From positions 33,501 to 97,500 of the forward strand of contig CADBBQ010000002.1 of the NCBI GenBank assembly GCA_902793005.1: a stretch of DNA of 64,000 nt, written 5' to 3'. Numbering within the stretch: the first letter of the stretch is position 1; every line of letters begins with the position of its first letter. Shown in pieces: positions 37,473-46,675 of the stretch. A program made the translations under genes and the position numbers. Below the pieces are notes generated by a model that had not been told where the DNA came from, ran no database searches, and saw only the letters and a list, made by a program, of their open reading frames with translations. This stretch comes from an uncultured Pseudomonadota bacterium (GTDB lineage Bacteria; Pseudomonadota; Alphaproteobacteria; Rs-D84).

Positions 37473-37484
37473 ATGCGTATGTAA
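37473..37484 (+). CDS. 3-codon upstream ORF (MRM-stop) in the ABC-F leader
   Basis: AAGGA lies 9 nt upstream. The stop codon overlaps the 5-prime arm of a 10-bp leader helix. Confidence 0.35.
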   Translation: MRM

Positions 37485-37550
37485 TATTGTAATTTTTTAT
37501 AAGTTTGCGGGTGAATCCGTTTGTTTAATTACAATAGCAAAGGTTTTGTT

Positions 37551-38933
37551 ATGGCTTTGATTTCTTTATCAAATGTATTTTTTGGGTATGGTGACAATAA
37601 TTTACTAGATGGTGTTTCGATTGTGTTTAATACACACGAACGCGTGGCAATTATTGGCGATAATGGGTGTGGAAAAACAACATTGCTACGGTTGTTGGCG
37701 GGGGATTTATTGCCGGATTCTGGTAATATTGTGATAAATGCTGGGGTGTATATGTTGAATCAAATAAATATATCTGATTCAAAAAGTGGCGGTGAACAAC
37801 AGATGTTCGCACTGATGCGGGCGTTTGATTCTGGGGCGGATATTTTGTTATTGGATGAACCGACGAATAATTTAGACAGGGATGCAAAACAAAAATTTTT
37901 TAATCGGTTAAATTCTTATTCAAATGGTGTTGTGGTTGTATCGCATGACCGTGAATTGTTGCAACAGGTTGATAAAATTATTGAATTAAATAATGGCACA
38001 TTGCGTGTGTATGGTGGAAACTATGATTTTTATTTGGAACAAAAACGTATTGAAAACGAAAATATTGTTTCCAGATATACAGATGCACAAAAATCGATTG
38101 CACGATTAAATAATACAATAAATATTGCACAAAATACTCGGCAACATCACGAGGCAAAACAAGCAAAAGATATTGCTAATTCCAAACGTAGCAGATTAGA
38201 AGCAAACGCACTGAAAGGCAAAAGTCAACAGACAGAAGCCAAAAAACGGGCAGTTATCCAAAAGAAACTAACTCAACAAATGGATTTGCAACAATCTTTG
38301 TCTGAACAAATGCGAAACGAAACAATAAAAATTCCTATGCCAAACAAACCTTTTTATAGCAAGGAATTGGTGCAAATATCAAATTTGTGTTTTGCTTATG
38401 GTTCTAAACAGATTTTTAATAATTTTGACTTTACAATGTATGGTGGACAACGTGTTCGTATTGTTGGAAAAAACGGTGCCGGAAAATCAACATTGTTAAA
38501 AATTATTTGTGGTGAATTAAAACCGCAATCTGGGGTTGTTAAAACATTTGGTAAAATCGCATATATAAATCAAGATTTATCTGTGTTGGATAAAAACAAA
38601 ACGGTTGTTGAAAATATTATGGAAATATCGGGTTGTCTTAAACACGATGCACATATGATTGCGGCAAATTTTGGTTTTCGTGGGGATGCGTCGCAACAAA
38701 AATGCGGGACTTTGTCCGGTGGTGAATTGTTAAAGGCGACTTTGGCGGCAATATTGGGTGGTGATAGTCAGCCAGATTTGTTGATTTTGGACGAACCGAC
38801 AAATAACCTGGAAATAAAAAGTATATCCGTGTTAGAAGATGCGTTGAATCAGTATCGTGGCGCGATATTATTGGTATCACACGACGAAATGTTTGTGAAA
38901 AATATAAAAACAGATAAAGAGGTAAATATTTAA
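37551..38933 (+). CDS. ABC-F family ATPase (two ABC domains, no TM segments); compact, like the antibiotic-resistance type
   Basis: Two Walker A motifs (GDNGCGKTT, GKNGAGKST), signature SGGE in both halves, and a charged inter-domain linker. The ATG at 37551 lies inside the track ORF. Confidence 0.85.
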   Translation: MALISLSNVFFGYGDNNLLDGVSIVFNTHERVAIIGDNGCGKTTLLRLLAGDLLPDSGNIVINAGVYMLNQINISDSKSGGEQQMFALMRAFDSGADILLLDEPTNNLDRDAKQKFFNRLNSYSNGVVVVSHDRELLQQVDKIIELNNGTLRVYGGNYDFYLEQKRIENENIVSRYTDAQKSIARLNNTINIAQNTRQHHEAKQAKDIANSKRSRLEANALKGKSQQTEAKKRAVIQKKLTQQMDLQQSLSEQMRNETIKIPMPNKPFYSKELVQISNLCFAYGSKQIFNNFDFTMYGGQRVRIVGKNGAGKSTLLKIICGELKPQSGVVKTFGKIAYINQDLSVLDKNKTVVENIMEISGCLKHDAHMIAANFGFRGDASQQKCGTLSGGELLKATLAAILGGDSQPDLLILDEPTNNLEIKSISVLEDALNQYRGAILLVSHDEMFVKNIKTDKEVNI

Positions 38934-38948
38934 TTACTTGGTGTTTTT

Positions 38949-39749
38949 TTATTTGTGTTGGATTTTTATCCAATCATCACAGATTATTTCGTCTTGCGTA
39001 TTTAACCACGGGGATGGTGCGCAAACAATGTGGTTTTTGTTTCCTTGTAAATATGCACCCCACCAAGAAAATGATGAGTTTGCAATAATCGCGTGTTGGC
39101 ACAAAGACATTAATTGCATATCCCTGAAACTTTGGTTTGTGTCGTTGTTGTGTGTGCCAATGTATTTGTATTCGCAACCTATATCAAATTTATTTTTTAT
39201 GTAATCGGCGTGTGCATCACTGAACACGAAAAATGTTGGATTTTTTATGTGTGATAAAATGTATTTTACCGCGCGTTTGTAATAATCCATACTCAATAAC
39301 CATCCGTCCAGGCTTTCATAATCGCCACGGCGTATGTGGATAAAAACAGAGTTTTCGGAGTTCTGTATTTCGTTTGCCCAATGGGTGTTAAATTCATCAT
39401 TTATTTTAGGAAATTGAAATGCGTCACGAATATCGGATTCGATGTTGTTAAAATATTTTTCGTTTTGAAAATACCCAGACCAATATTCGTTCAGGTGCGC
39501 ATTAAAAAAATCTGGGTTGAAACTAAACGGATTTTTTTCGTTCGTTTTATGAAATGGAATAAGTTTTGGCCGATTGCGAATCTTTATTTTTATGTTTGGA
39601 AACAGCCCCAATTCATATTGGCGCAATTTGTCGGATTTATAATTTTTTATATCAAAATATACGCGTTTGTATTTTTTGGATAATGCCAGGCCAAATGCGT
39701 AAATAAACATTTGGTTGCCCAGGCCACCGGCAAGTTTTACTATTTTCAT
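38949..39749 (-). CDS. Glycosyltransferase family 11 (alpha-1,2-fucosyltransferase-like)
   Basis: N-terminal GGLGNQMFIYAF and the HIRRGDY motif. Confidence 0.8.
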   Translation of the reverse strand: MKIVKLAGGLGNQMFIYAFGLALSKKYKRVYFDIKNYKSDKLRQYELGLFPNIKIKIRNRPKLIPFHKTNEKNPFSFNPDFFNAHLNEYWSGYFQNEKYFNNIESDIRDAFQFPKINDEFNTHWANEIQNSENSVFIHIRRGDYESLDGWLLSMDYYKRAVKYILSHIKNPTFFVFSDAHADYIKNKFDIGCEYKYIGTHNNDTNQSFRDMQLMSLCQHAIIANSSFSWWGAYLQGNKNHIVCAPSPWLNTQDEIICDDWIKIQHK

Positions 39750-39894
39750 CGCGCCACCTTGGGTTTTATATAAATATCATAACATATATACATATATAAT
39801 GAAACAGAAAAAAGGCGGGCGGGGGCGGGCCAGGAACCTGCTTGATTTTTTGCGGGTTTTTATCTAAAATTTTTTACAAAACAAAGGTGTTTTT

Positions 39895-40428
39895 ATGAAA
39901 GTTTATTTTGATATGGATGGGGTTTTGGTGAACTTTGGCGCGATGTGTCCAAACGACAGATATTTAAATCATCCAAGTGAAACTTTGTCAGATGAAAAGC
40001 GGGCTGCGAAAAAATTATTTTGGCAAAATATAGAAAAACAACCGAATTTTTGGCGGGATATTCCAGTGATGGCGAATATTGAATATTTGTTAACAACGGC
40101 TGCCGATATTGGTGAAATATTCGTTCTGAGCAAGGTGCCAGGTGCCGAAAAATTTATTGGTGGTCAAAACTATGTCGATTTTGTTGCAGGCGAAAAACGC
40201 AAATGGATTGCAAAACATATGAATAAATTTTTTGACGCGAAACATATAATTATTTGTGATGGTCCAAAAGGCAAATTAATCCGTCCAAACAAAACAGATG
40301 TGCTGATTGATGACAGGCAAGAAAATATAAACGAGTGGGAATCTGTGGGAGGCCGGGGTATTTTATTTAATGACGCATTTTCCGCAAAGAAACAATTGAT
40401 TTGTATAAACAATATGCGGGAAAAATAG
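39895..40428 (+). CDS. HAD-superfamily 5-prime(3-prime)-deoxyribonucleotidase-like protein
   Basis: N-terminal FDMDGVLV motif and the size typical of the NT5C family. Confidence 0.55.
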   Translation: MKVYFDMDGVLVNFGAMCPNDRYLNHPSETLSDEKRAAKKLFWQNIEKQPNFWRDIPVMANIEYLLTTAADIGEIFVLSKVPGAEKFIGGQNYVDFVAGEKRKWIAKHMNKFFDAKHIIICDGPKGKLIRPNKTDVLIDDRQENINEWESVGGRGILFNDAFSAKKQLICINNMREK

Positions 40429-40572
40429 TTTTTTGTTGCGGGGGATGTGCAGTTCGCGAGCCGAATTGTTGGAATTTGACGAGAGATTGATGATTTAAAC
40501 AATTTGAAAGATTTGCATTGTATTTAGTGAAATACAATTTATAATATAACTACTGTAATAAAAGGTTTTTTT

Positions 40573-40824
40573 ATGAAATATGTTAAACAGGGTAGTTTTA
40601 CAACAAAACAATTAAGTATATCAGAAACTATAACAGAAATATCTGATGTAATTAATATCGCAAAAGATATTATTCAAAAAGTCAAAAACGATGATTCTAA
40701 AGAGCTAGATTTAGCTTTAACTAATTTGAATCAATCTGCACATTATTTAGAATATATTCAAAAAAAAGCAAATATTGCTTTGAAGTATGTCCCTATAAAT
40801 ATACAAGAAAAAGAATATTTATAA
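40573..40824 (+). CDS. Hypothetical small protein (83 aa)
   Basis: ORF followed by a clean terminator. No family recognised. Confidence 0.45.
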   Translation: MKYVKQGSFTTKQLSISETITEISDVINIAKDIIQKVKNDDSKELDLALTNLNQSAHYLEYIQKKANIALKYVPINIQEKEYL

Positions 40825-40840
40825 AATAAATAGTTCAAAA

Positions 40841-40864
40841 GTGGCGAAAATTTGCCACTTTTTT
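40841..40864 (+). terminator. Intrinsic terminator (GTGGC/GCCAC plus T-run)
   Basis: Hairpin and T6 directly after ORF 40573..40824. Confidence 0.7.
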
Positions 40865-41246
40865 AATTGGGTTTATAACGAGGGTGGGGGATGGGGTTCG
40901 CGAAAATTATATTTTCGCGGAAACTGCGGATTTTTGCCTTATGGCAAACCGGCGTGTTCCCACCCGCCTAATCCTTGTTTTGAACCAACTTTCCTCGTTG
41001 GTAAAGTTTATTTCCAAGAACGTCGGCGGGGGATGGAATTCGCTCGACACGTTGTGTCTGCGCGCAAATTTGTAGTTATTCGAACTTCGCCAAGGCTCGT
41101 TCTCATATACAAATTTTGAACCAAGGCAACATTTGTTGCCGTGGCCACAAACCGCCGACCAGAATTATATAGTAAAGGGATGGAGTTCGCGAAGGGTAGA
41201 ACAGCCCGTCACCGCAAGCGGTGCCGCGGCACTGAATTTTCTAAAT

Positions 41247-41273
41247 AAAAATACCGCTAACGCGGTATTTTTA
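41247..41273. terminator. Bidirectional intrinsic terminator (ATACCGC/GCGGTAT)
   Basis: 7-bp stem flanked by A and T runs, 10 nt downstream of the tRNA-fMet 3-prime end. Confidence 0.7.
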
Positions 41274-41282
41274 GAAAATTCG

Positions 41283-41359
<77 letters not shown>

Positions 41360-41372
41360 ATAAACAGGGTGT

Positions 41373-41400
41373 ATTATATACTAATTTTATGTAATGTCAA
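41373..41400 (-). promoter_or_regulatory. Consensus sigma70 promoter for tRNA-fMet (TTGACA-16-TATAAT)
   Basis: Read on the minus strand at 41400-41395 and 41378-41373. The tRNA starts 13 nt downstream. Confidence 0.65.
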
Positions 41401-41525
41401 ATAAAAATATGATTTTTTGTGAAAAAATTATCTAAAAACCGTGTGTTATTTTGTGTCCCCGTTGGGTCTTGCATTGTTTTTTTATTGTTGCTATGATTTG
41501 TCCATATTGCAAATGGTGGTTTTTT

Positions 41526-42311
41526 ATGGCAAGAAGTAAATTTAGAAAATTTGTGTTAGACCCGTTTTTGGGACTGGATATCGTGCAATGGTGTATTGCG
41601 GTGCCGGTCGCGATTATTATGTGGCTGTTTTTTATCACTTGTTGCACGCACGTGCGGGGAAAACATATTTTAAAAGAATATCGTAAACGCCCGGCGGTGT
41701 TCGTGTTATGGCACGGGCGGACGATGATTCCGTCGGTGGTTATGGCGTTGTATCGTATGCGGTCTTGTGCCGTCGCGTCGCGCAACAAAGACGGGAGACT
41801 GATGGCGAAAATTCAACATTTGTTTGGTGCGCGTGCCGTTTATGGCAGTACATCAAGCGGCGCGGTGTCTGTATTGCGGGCGGGATTGCGCGTATTACAG
41901 AACGAGAAGCGTTGTATTGTTATGTGTCCTGATGGGCCCAGTGGACCGTCTTTGCGCCTGCAAGAGGGGGCAATGTATTATGCGCGTATGGCCGGTGTGC
42001 CAATTATCCCGGTGTGTTTTTCTTCGTCAAAATCGTGGTTTCAAACCCGGTGGGACCGGTATTTGATTGCTTTGCCGTTTTCAAAAAACATTATGGATAT
42101 AGGCGAACCTATTTTTATAAAATCTAAAATTAAATCGCCAGGGTTTGAAAAAGAACGCGAAAATATTGAAAAAATCTGTATTAAACAAATGCGCGATTTG
42201 GACAAGTTGTTTAATTTAATGCAAGTGGAAGAGGGTTTGACCGCGGGCGAGTTTAAACAAAAAATGCGCGAGGCAAAAAAATTACAAAAACAAATAAAAG
42301 AAAAAAAATAA
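41526..42311 (+). CDS. DUF374-type lysophospholipid acyltransferase-like protein
   Basis: WHGR...CPDGPSGP pattern and linkage to lpxK. The ATG at 41526 lies inside the track ORF. Confidence 0.65.
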   Translation: MARSKFRKFVLDPFLGLDIVQWCIAVPVAIIMWLFFITCCTHVRGKHILKEYRKRPAVFVLWHGRTMIPSVVMALYRMRSCAVASRNKDGRLMAKIQHLFGARAVYGSTSSGAVSVLRAGLRVLQNEKRCIVMCPDGPSGPSLRLQEGAMYYARMAGVPIIPVCFSSSKSWFQTRWDRYLIALPFSKNIMDIGEPIFIKSKIKSPGFEKERENIEKICIKQMRDLDKLFNLMQVEEGLTAGEFKQKMREAKKLQKQIKEKK

Positions 42312-43231
42312 TGAAAACACCAAAATGGTTTTTGAAAAAAAATATAATTGCGTGTGCTTTGTTGCCGTTCGCGGGGATGTATTATGTTGTGTCGCGTGGG
42401 GTGTTTCGTATGCGTGCGCGTCATCCGCTGCAATCGCGGCGGCCAATTATTTGTGTTGGTAATATTTTGGCGGGGGGTGTTGGTAAAACCCCAATCGTTC
42501 GTCAAATCGCAGAATTTTTTGATGCACCGGTGGTTATGCGCGGATATAAAAAATCGAATGCCACAAATAATATTGGGGACGAGGCTTTGATGTTGGCGCG
42601 GGGTGGGTTAAATGTTCATACCGGCGACCGCAAGAGTAATATTATATTGTTAAATAAACAAAAACAGACAACACCAATTGTAATGGATGACGGATTTCAA
42701 AACCCGTCTATAAAAAAAGATATTTCTGTGATTGTGGTGGATTCAGAATTTGGTTTTGGTAATGGGTTTTTGTTGCCGGCCGGACCAAAGCGGGAACCGG
42801 TGTCGGCGTTGCGTCGGGCGGATGCGATTATTGTAATTAAATCGAATAATGAAAAAAATCTATTGTTGCCGGCCGGAATCCCGGTGTTTTATGCGGAAAA
42901 TACAACGGTGTCGCCGTATGAGGTTGGTGAAAAATTGGTTGCGTTTGCCGGAATTGGGTATCCGGAAAAATTCTTTCGTCGGTTGCAAAATGTTGTGGCA
43001 CGCGTACCGTATCCGGACCATTATCAATATACGGATGCGGATATAAAAAAATTGTTGGATTTGGCGGCGCGGCATAATGCAAAATTGGTGACGACGGAAA
43101 AGGATTGGGTAAGGCTGCCGACAAATGTGCAGAAAAAAATAAAATATGCACCGCTGGAAACAAAAATAGGAGATAGATTTTTTGTTTGGTTAAAGGAGAA
43201 ATTAAATGGCGACTTTCAAGAAAAAAATTGA
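42311..43231 (+). CDS. lpxK: Tetraacyldisaccharide 4-prime-kinase
   Basis: VGNILAGGVGKTP P-loop typical of LpxK. Confidence 0.9.
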   Translation: MKTPKWFLKKNIIACALLPFAGMYYVVSRGVFRMRARHPLQSRRPIICVGNILAGGVGKTPIVRQIAEFFDAPVVMRGYKKSNATNNIGDEALMLARGGLNVHTGDRKSNIILLNKQKQTTPIVMDDGFQNPSIKKDISVIVVDSEFGFGNGFLLPAGPKREPVSALRRADAIIVIKSNNEKNLLLPAGIPVFYAENTTVSPYEVGEKLVAFAGIGYPEKFFRRLQNVVARVPYPDHYQYTDADIKKLLDLAARHNAKLVTTEKDWVRLPTNVQKKIKYAPLETKIGDRFFVWLKEKLNGDFQEKN

Positions 43232-44144
43232 ATTTCGTGGTGTGGGAATTCATCGTGGAAACCTTGTGCGGATGGTGATAAAGCCAAAGCAAACACCGGG
43301 TATTGTTTTTCGTCGTGTTGATTTAGATAAAAATTTCGATATACCGGCGATTTATTCTAATGTTGGTGAAACAAAATTCAGAAATACCACAATTGGTGAT
43401 ATGGCCGGGCCACACGTGCAAACAATTGAACATTTAATGGCGGCGTTAATGATTGTTGGTGTGGATAGTGCGTTTATTGAAATTAATGGGCCCGAGACGC
43501 CAATCTTGGATGGCAGTGCGTATAAATTTTTGGATAAATTTTTATCTGTGGGGGTTGTTGGTGCCAAACCAAAACGCATTGTTGTTAAACGCGATGTTAT
43601 TGTTTTTTCAAAAGATGCCAAGAAAAATGTCCCGATGTTTGAAAGAATAAAGTTTTGGATTTTGAATAAATTGGCTGGCCGGAAAACTGATGGTTTTGTA
43701 AGGTTGTCGCCAAACGGGGGGCGCAGGTTAAGTGTTTTGGCAACATTGGAATATCCGGAAAAAATTATTGGATCGCAAAGTTTTGCTTATTCTTTTGATG
43801 GAACAAAAAAATCGCGTGATGCGTTTTTGAAAAATATTGCCCGTGCAAGGACGTTTGGAAAAATTTCAGAGTGGGAAACTTTGAAAAAACACGGTATGGG
43901 ACGCGGTGCAAATGAAAATAATGTTATTGCGGTAAATGCCACGGGTGATGGTGTGTTGAATAATATTTACTGGCCGGACGAATTTGTGCGGCATAAATTG
44001 ATTGATGCGATTGGTGATATGTGGACATCGGGTGGTTTTATCGTTGGTGATTTGGTGTCGTTCAAGGGTAGCCACGCGTTGAATAATTTAGTGTTAAGAA
44101 AATTATTTTCAGACCCGGAAAATTACGAAATCGTTGATAAATAA
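43206..44144 (+). CDS. lpxC: UDP-3-O-acyl-N-acetylglucosamine deacetylase
   Basis: GVGIHRG, EHLMAAL and HKLIDAIGD motifs. Overlaps lpxK by 26 nt. Confidence 0.9.
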   Translation: MATFKKKIEFRGVGIHRGNLVRMVIKPKQTPGIVFRRVDLDKNFDIPAIYSNVGETKFRNTTIGDMAGPHVQTIEHLMAALMIVGVDSAFIEINGPETPILDGSAYKFLDKFLSVGVVGAKPKRIVVKRDVIVFSKDAKKNVPMFERIKFWILNKLAGRKTDGFVRLSPNGGRRLSVLATLEYPEKIIGSQSFAYSFDGTKKSRDAFLKNIARARTFGKISEWETLKKHGMGRGANENNVIAVNATGDGVLNNIYWPDEFVRHKLIDAIGDMWTSGGFIVGDLVSFKGSHALNNLVLRKLFSDPENYEIVDK

Positions 44145-44199
44145 AATAATAAAAAAAGGAACTCACTTTGCCAAGGCTTTGTGGGACAAGGAGGAAAAA

Positions 44200-44529
44200 A
44201 TGAAAAAAATTATTTTGTCTGTATTATTGTTGTCGATGGCGGCGTGCACAAACACCGTAAAGGTGGATGATGGTGCGGATGCGCTGGTGCAACTAAATAA
44301 TAAACCAAACAATTGTGTGTATTTGTATAAATTAGATGCCGAAGCGTCATTATATTCGCACGATGATGCAATTCGTTATTTGAAAAATCGTATTGTGGCG
44401 CAAAATAAATCTGGGAATGCGTTTTGGTTGGAACGCGATGAAACCGTTCAAAATTCGTGGGTTATGTTTGGACCGGAACATAAATATTTAATGACGGCGC
44501 GTGTGTATGATTGTGGCAATAAAAAATAA
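44200..44529 (+). CDS. Small lipoprotein (DUF4156-like)
   Basis: GGAGG SD and MKKIILSVLLLSMAAC lipobox. The pattern C..LY....A....A...LKN.....N...W......YDC is present. Confidence 0.6.
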   Translation: MKKIILSVLLLSMAACTNTVKVDDGADALVQLNNKPNNCVYLYKLDAEASLYSHDDAIRYLKNRIVAQNKSGNAFWLERDETVQNSWVMFGPEHKYLMTARVYDCGNKK

Positions 44530-44615
44530 TTAAATTTTTGGCAAATGACACATTATCTGTTTGCCAAAGATTGTATTTTTTTGTTATAATTTGATTCAAG
44601 GAGAGATGAAATAAA

Positions 44616-45941
44616 TTGATAGACACGGTTATCAGCGCTTTTTTCAGTTTTGTTTTTGGCAAATTGTTCAGAATCAGCGACAATACTTTGTCTGATTTGT
44701 TGCGTGTGAATAAAAAACGATTTGCGGCTGGTTTGTTTTGGCAACCGGTGGCGGTGGGTTATACGCCACGCAAATACGCATACGCGTTGGCTCGTAATTC
44801 AAAAGGGCGGGCAAATTTATATGTTGAATATCGTTCTATGGTTGGATTGGCATCGCGTCGGCGTGGGTATATCGCCGGTATGCCGTCGGTCGCGGCCGAG
44901 GTTGTTGATGCGTTAAGTGAATATTCTTCGTTTTTGGCGGTGTTTGCGGTTGATGGAAAATATTATTTGTTGGCTGTGCGTAATGGGATTATTTTGGCCG
45001 ATAAATTATTCAATGTTGAAACAGATGCACGTGCAGAATATGCAAAATTTTCAAAAATTCCTGATTGGTCCGCATTTATTGCACCGGATTCGTGGGCAAT
45101 ACCGCGTGCGGTGGAAAAGAATTTAAATACTTTGTTGCCGCACAAGGCAAAGTATAAATTGCGTGCGATAAATTTGTGGCGGTCGCGGATTTTTTCCGCG
45201 GTGTTGTTGATTGCTTTTTTCACAGGGATTTATTTCTTGTTTAATGAACCAATTCATAAAATGACACAACCAAAACCACGCGAAATAGACCAGGCCGTCA
45301 TTGATGAATATAATCGGTTGGTCGATGAGAAAAATAAAGAATTGGATGCGGAATTTAATATCCAAAAACAAGAACCGGTAAAACCGTTGGTGTTGCCGTA
45401 TAACTCTTTGCCGGAACCATCTGCGCGTGCAAAACAATGTTATCAGGCTATTGGATTTTTAATGCAGCCTATTACCGGGTGGGTGCAATCAAATGTCGTG
45501 TGTGATGAAACAACTGCTACGGCGGAATTTAACAGAAAGTATGGTTCGTTGGATGTGTTTTATTCGTTGGCGGCGGATTTTTTACCGGGTGCAACAATTA
45601 CCGAAATAAACGATGATATATTAAGTGTGTCTGTGTCGTTGCCGGATATTGCGCGTATTGCATCAATCGATGAACGCGATGCCGCAACCGTTGAACGCAA
45701 TGTTATCAGTTTGTTCCAGGCAATGAATATGGATGCAAAAACAGAAGTTGTTGTTGATACATTGACCAATGGTGTTGATGTCGCAAATTTAAATATTGTA
45801 GAAGTTGCCGTTTCTTCAAAATTGTTGCCAATGCAATTTACAAAAATGTTTGAAGATTTTGGCGGGTTCTATATCACACGGTGTGTGTGGAATGCAGTGT
45901 CAAGAAATTGGAACTATGAGGTTATAATCTATGCAAAATAA
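44616..45941 (+). CDS. Type IVb pilus accessory protein, PilO-like (R64/PAPI-1 PilO2 type)
   Basis: RFAAGLFWQPV N-terminal motif, a central TM segment, about 440 aa, and its position upstream of the PilP-like, ATPase and platform genes. TTG start. Confidence 0.6.
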   Translation: MIDTVISAFFSFVFGKLFRISDNTLSDLLRVNKKRFAAGLFWQPVAVGYTPRKYAYALARNSKGRANLYVEYRSMVGLASRRRGYIAGMPSVAAEVVDALSEYSSFLAVFAVDGKYYLLAVRNGIILADKLFNVETDARAEYAKFSKIPDWSAFIAPDSWAIPRAVEKNLNTLLPHKAKYKLRAINLWRSRIFSAVLLIAFFTGIYFLFNEPIHKMTQPKPREIDQAVIDEYNRLVDEKNKELDAEFNIQKQEPVKPLVLPYNSLPEPSARAKQCYQAIGFLMQPITGWVQSNVVCDETTATAEFNRKYGSLDVFYSLAADFLPGATITEINDDILSVSVSLPDIARIASIDERDAATVERNVISLFQAMNMDAKTEVVVDTLTNGVDVANLNIVEVAVSSKLLPMQFTKMFEDFGGFYITRCVWNAVSRNWNYEVIIYAK

Positions 45942-46671
45942 ATTTAAAATGTTTGGTTTGTTGGTTTCGTTGTTTGCTGTTATGTGTGTGCCAAATGCAT
46001 ACGCGTTGGATGACGAGGTTTTAACCGAAGAATTCGTCGAGGATGTTGCCGATGATATTGAATCTGATGTGGCGGATGATTTGTCGGCGATGGCGGTTGC
46101 GGATTATAATGTTGATGGAACCGTGTTTCAACAAATTACTGATTTGGAACAAGAAAAGGTTTTGATGGAATTGGAAAAAGAACGCGCACAATTGGATTTG
46201 GATTTGGACAGATTGGCCGCAGAAAAAATCAAATTGCAAATGGAAATGGACACGCTGTCTGGGCGCGCCGAACAAGAACAACAAATTTTGCAAAATGAAA
46301 AAGCCAGATTAGAGGCCGAGGCTGCAAAAATCGAACAAGAAAAACGCGCAATTGCCGCCGCCGCCGAGGCCGGTGATTATAGTGCGGTTGCGCAAAATTC
46401 TGATACGGCAAAAAAGAAATCTGCACCAAAAAAACAAGCGCGTGAAGATTTGGACGAAGAAGATATTTCAACAATGTATAAATTGGTTAATGTTATGGGT
46501 GCTGGAAATCAATTACAGGCGACATTGTCGGATTTGGAAACCGGGCAAACTAAACGCGTTAGTGTTGGTAAAAAAATAAATGGGTTTACTGTGAAATCTA
46601 TTTCATTGGAAGACGGTGTCGTTTTCAGTAAAGATGGGGAAACACAAAACTTGAATATATCCAGTCGGTAA
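45931..46671 (+). CDS. PilP-like type IVb pilus biogenesis protein with an acidic/coiled-coil insert
   Basis: Signal peptide, long coiled coil, and a C-terminal block YKLVNVMGAGNQLQATL....VSVGKKINGFTVKSISLEDGVV. Confidence 0.5.
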   Translation: MQNKFKMFGLLVSLFAVMCVPNAYALDDEVLTEEFVEDVADDIESDVADDLSAMAVADYNVDGTVFQQITDLEQEKVLMELEKERAQLDLDLDRLAAEKIKLQMEMDTLSGRAEQEQQILQNEKARLEAEAAKIEQEKRAIAAAAEAGDYSAVAQNSDTAKKKSAPKKQAREDLDEEDISTMYKLVNVMGAGNQLQATLSDLETGQTKRVSVGKKINGFTVKSISLEDGVVFSKDGETQNLNISSR

Positions 46672-46675
46672 AATT

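Larger units (their letters stand above)
40435..41193 (+). repeat. Four degenerate direct copies (R0-R3) of the tRNA-fMet 3-prime end, each joined to a TTCGCGA arm
   Basis: R0 40435-40460 (13-nt identity GTTGCGGGGGATG), R1 40882-40905, R2 41024-41047 (12-nt identity GCGGGGGATGGA) and R3 41177-41193. All are in the same orientation as the tRNA 3-prime end at 41283. Confidence 0.7.

Noticed and set aside
39813-39828. G-rich tract GGCGGGCGGGGGCGGG as a G-quadruplex or phase-variable tract
   Set aside because: The longest homopolymer run is only 5 nt, so slippage is unlikely. The G-runs are short and there is no supporting context. Noted only as a compositional oddity in the GT11/NT5C divergent promoter region.
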